From: Rhynchopus sp. YZ270_cl-10 | Lineage: Eukaryota | Assembly: GCA_964035575.1 (NCBI GenBank) | Contig: OZ037833.1 | Coordinates: 2,108,001-2,172,000 of the forward strand | Reading direction: 5' to 3' | DNA: 64,000 bases | Part shown: piece after piece, positions 62,917-64,000 of the stretch | How positions within the stretch are numbered: position 1 is the first letter of the stretch | How the letters are laid out: each line of letters begins with the position of its first letter | Made by a program: the position numbers and the translations under genes | The notes under the pieces: model-generated | The model's database searches: none | Told to the model about the DNA's origin: nothing | What the model saw: only the letters and a program-made list of their open reading frames with translations

Positions 62917-64000
62917 TTAGGCCTCCTGAATGTTTTCAGACCCACTGACACTAGACCCTTCAGAGGTAATCACATTGTCGGAAGGAGAGTGCTGGGAGAT
63001 CCAGCCCCGCTTCATGCTGCGCGGGGTGAGGGTGGTCTTCACTGGGATATGAGTGTCCTCTGGCACTGGGGAGCACCGCCCCTTGCTGCGGGTGGGGCTC
63101 AGGTCCATCGCCTCTTCACACACTCCTCCCTGCACCTTTTCGTCCCCACCCACACTCACATCCTCCGTGGGGCAGGACATCTGCGGAACCTTCAATGCAT
63201 CTTCGTAGTAGAACCTATCCACAACAGCTCCACCGTACGGGTCCATCCGGAACATAGAGCTTGTCACACTCGCCGCCCCCATTCCTCCTCCATTCAACGA
63301 CAGCACATCGCACGCCGGGGCAGGGTCCTCCAACCTAAAGCTCTCCCCCTGCTGCAGGAATTGAGGGTCCTGTTCAAGCTGGGATTGGAGAAGACCTCCG
63401 AGAGCATGGTTCTGGCATACTGGGGTGTCGGTGAGGGGGACGGGGGTGTCGAGCTCGCTGGGTTGGAAGCCTGCGAGGAGGAACATGCCGCCGGGGCTTT
63501 CGGGGACCAATGGGGAGTTGACGGGGGTGGAGAGCTGAGGTGCGTAGTCTACGTTGAGGTTTGCGACGTACGCCTTTGTGGCGGCAGCGGTGGTGTTGTA
63601 GGGGGACGTTGCGGCAGGTGCTGCAGGCACGGCGTCGGCAGTGGGGGAGGCGCTGCCGGGGGCAGCAGTGGTGGTGGTGGTGGTGGTGGCGGTGGGGGTA
63701 GTCGTCGCGGCAGCCTGGTCCTCCTGCAGCTTCTCCTCGCGTACCCGCTCGTTGCGCTCCTTGCGCTTCTTGTCCTTGCGCTTGGAGCGTGTGGTCACCT
63801 TCTTGTTCTCCCCATGCGCAAAGGTGCACCCATCCCCATAAGCACAGTGCCCCTTCTGCCAGTTCGTGCAGATCTTTGTAAACCGCTTTGCGAGGTTGAT
63901 AGAAGGGCTGACGTGGACGACACCGCTTGCAGGGGTCATGGTGGTGATGCTGGGCACAGTCAGGGCAGTCTGCGGGAGGACCTGGGGCTGGGGCTGGGGC
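62917..64000 (-). CDS. CCCH zinc-finger protein, paralog of the 43.7-44.6 kb gene; 5' part outside the window
   Basis: Finger TKICTNWQKGHCAYGDGCTFAHG. It shares the VSPSI.L.KR, KRKDKK, MFRMDPYGG and GRC.P motifs with the first gene. The frame is open to the right edge. Confidence 0.9.
   Translation of the reverse strand, partial: PQPQPQVLPQTALTVPSITTMTPASGVVHVSPSINLAKRFTKICTNWQKGHCAYGDGCTFAHGENKKVTTRSKRKDKKRKERNERVREEKLQEDQAAATTTPTATTTTTTTAAPGSASPTADAVPAAPAATSPYNTTAAATKAYVANLNVDYAPQLSTPVNSPLVPESPGGMFLLAGFQPSELDTPVPLTDTPVCQNHALGGLLQSQLEQDPQFLQQGESFRLEDPAPACDVLSLNGGGMGAASVTSSMFRMDPYGGAVVDRFYYEDALKVPQMSCPTEDVSVGGDEKVQGGVCEEAMDLSPTRSKGRCSPVPEDTHIPVKTTLTPRSMKRGWISQHSPSDNVITSEGSSVSGSENIQEA

Noticed and set aside
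1..64000. tRNA, rRNA or complete SL RNA genes
   Set aside because: None was recognisable by eye. A tRNAscan-SE or Rfam scan would be needed to exclude them.

Overview
This is eukaryotic, AT-rich, homopolymer-rich DNA that looks euglenozoan, most likely diplonemid. That assignment is inferred from the kinetoplastid-type adenylate cyclase, GTATG-type intron donors and co-directional genes. All credible genes lie on the minus strand. They are a GAF-domain protein cut by the left edge, a hypothetical protein, IFT56/TTC26 (2 exons), a rhodanese-like protein, a membrane class III adenylate cyclase, an RRM protein and two paralogous CCCH zinc-finger proteins. Genes are tightly packed in 0-7.5 kb and then separated by gaps of about 5-18 kb. 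The gaps hold at least 10 families of TIR/TSD-bounded non-autonomous DNA transposons (hAT-like, PIF/Harbinger-like, MULE relics) and two perfect (GTACACA)n arrays. The most striking unexplained signal is a set of roughly 70 short (30-65 nt) bulged hairpins in four families (A-D). They are dispersed through non-coding DNA, almost all in one orientation. They show compensatory changes, sense-strand G.U pairs and tetraloops, and families A, B and D share a 'GC-A...GAG-GC' loop motif. They are candidates for an undescribed RNA cis-element system acting on the polycistronic pre-mRNA. All coordinates and counts were read by eye.
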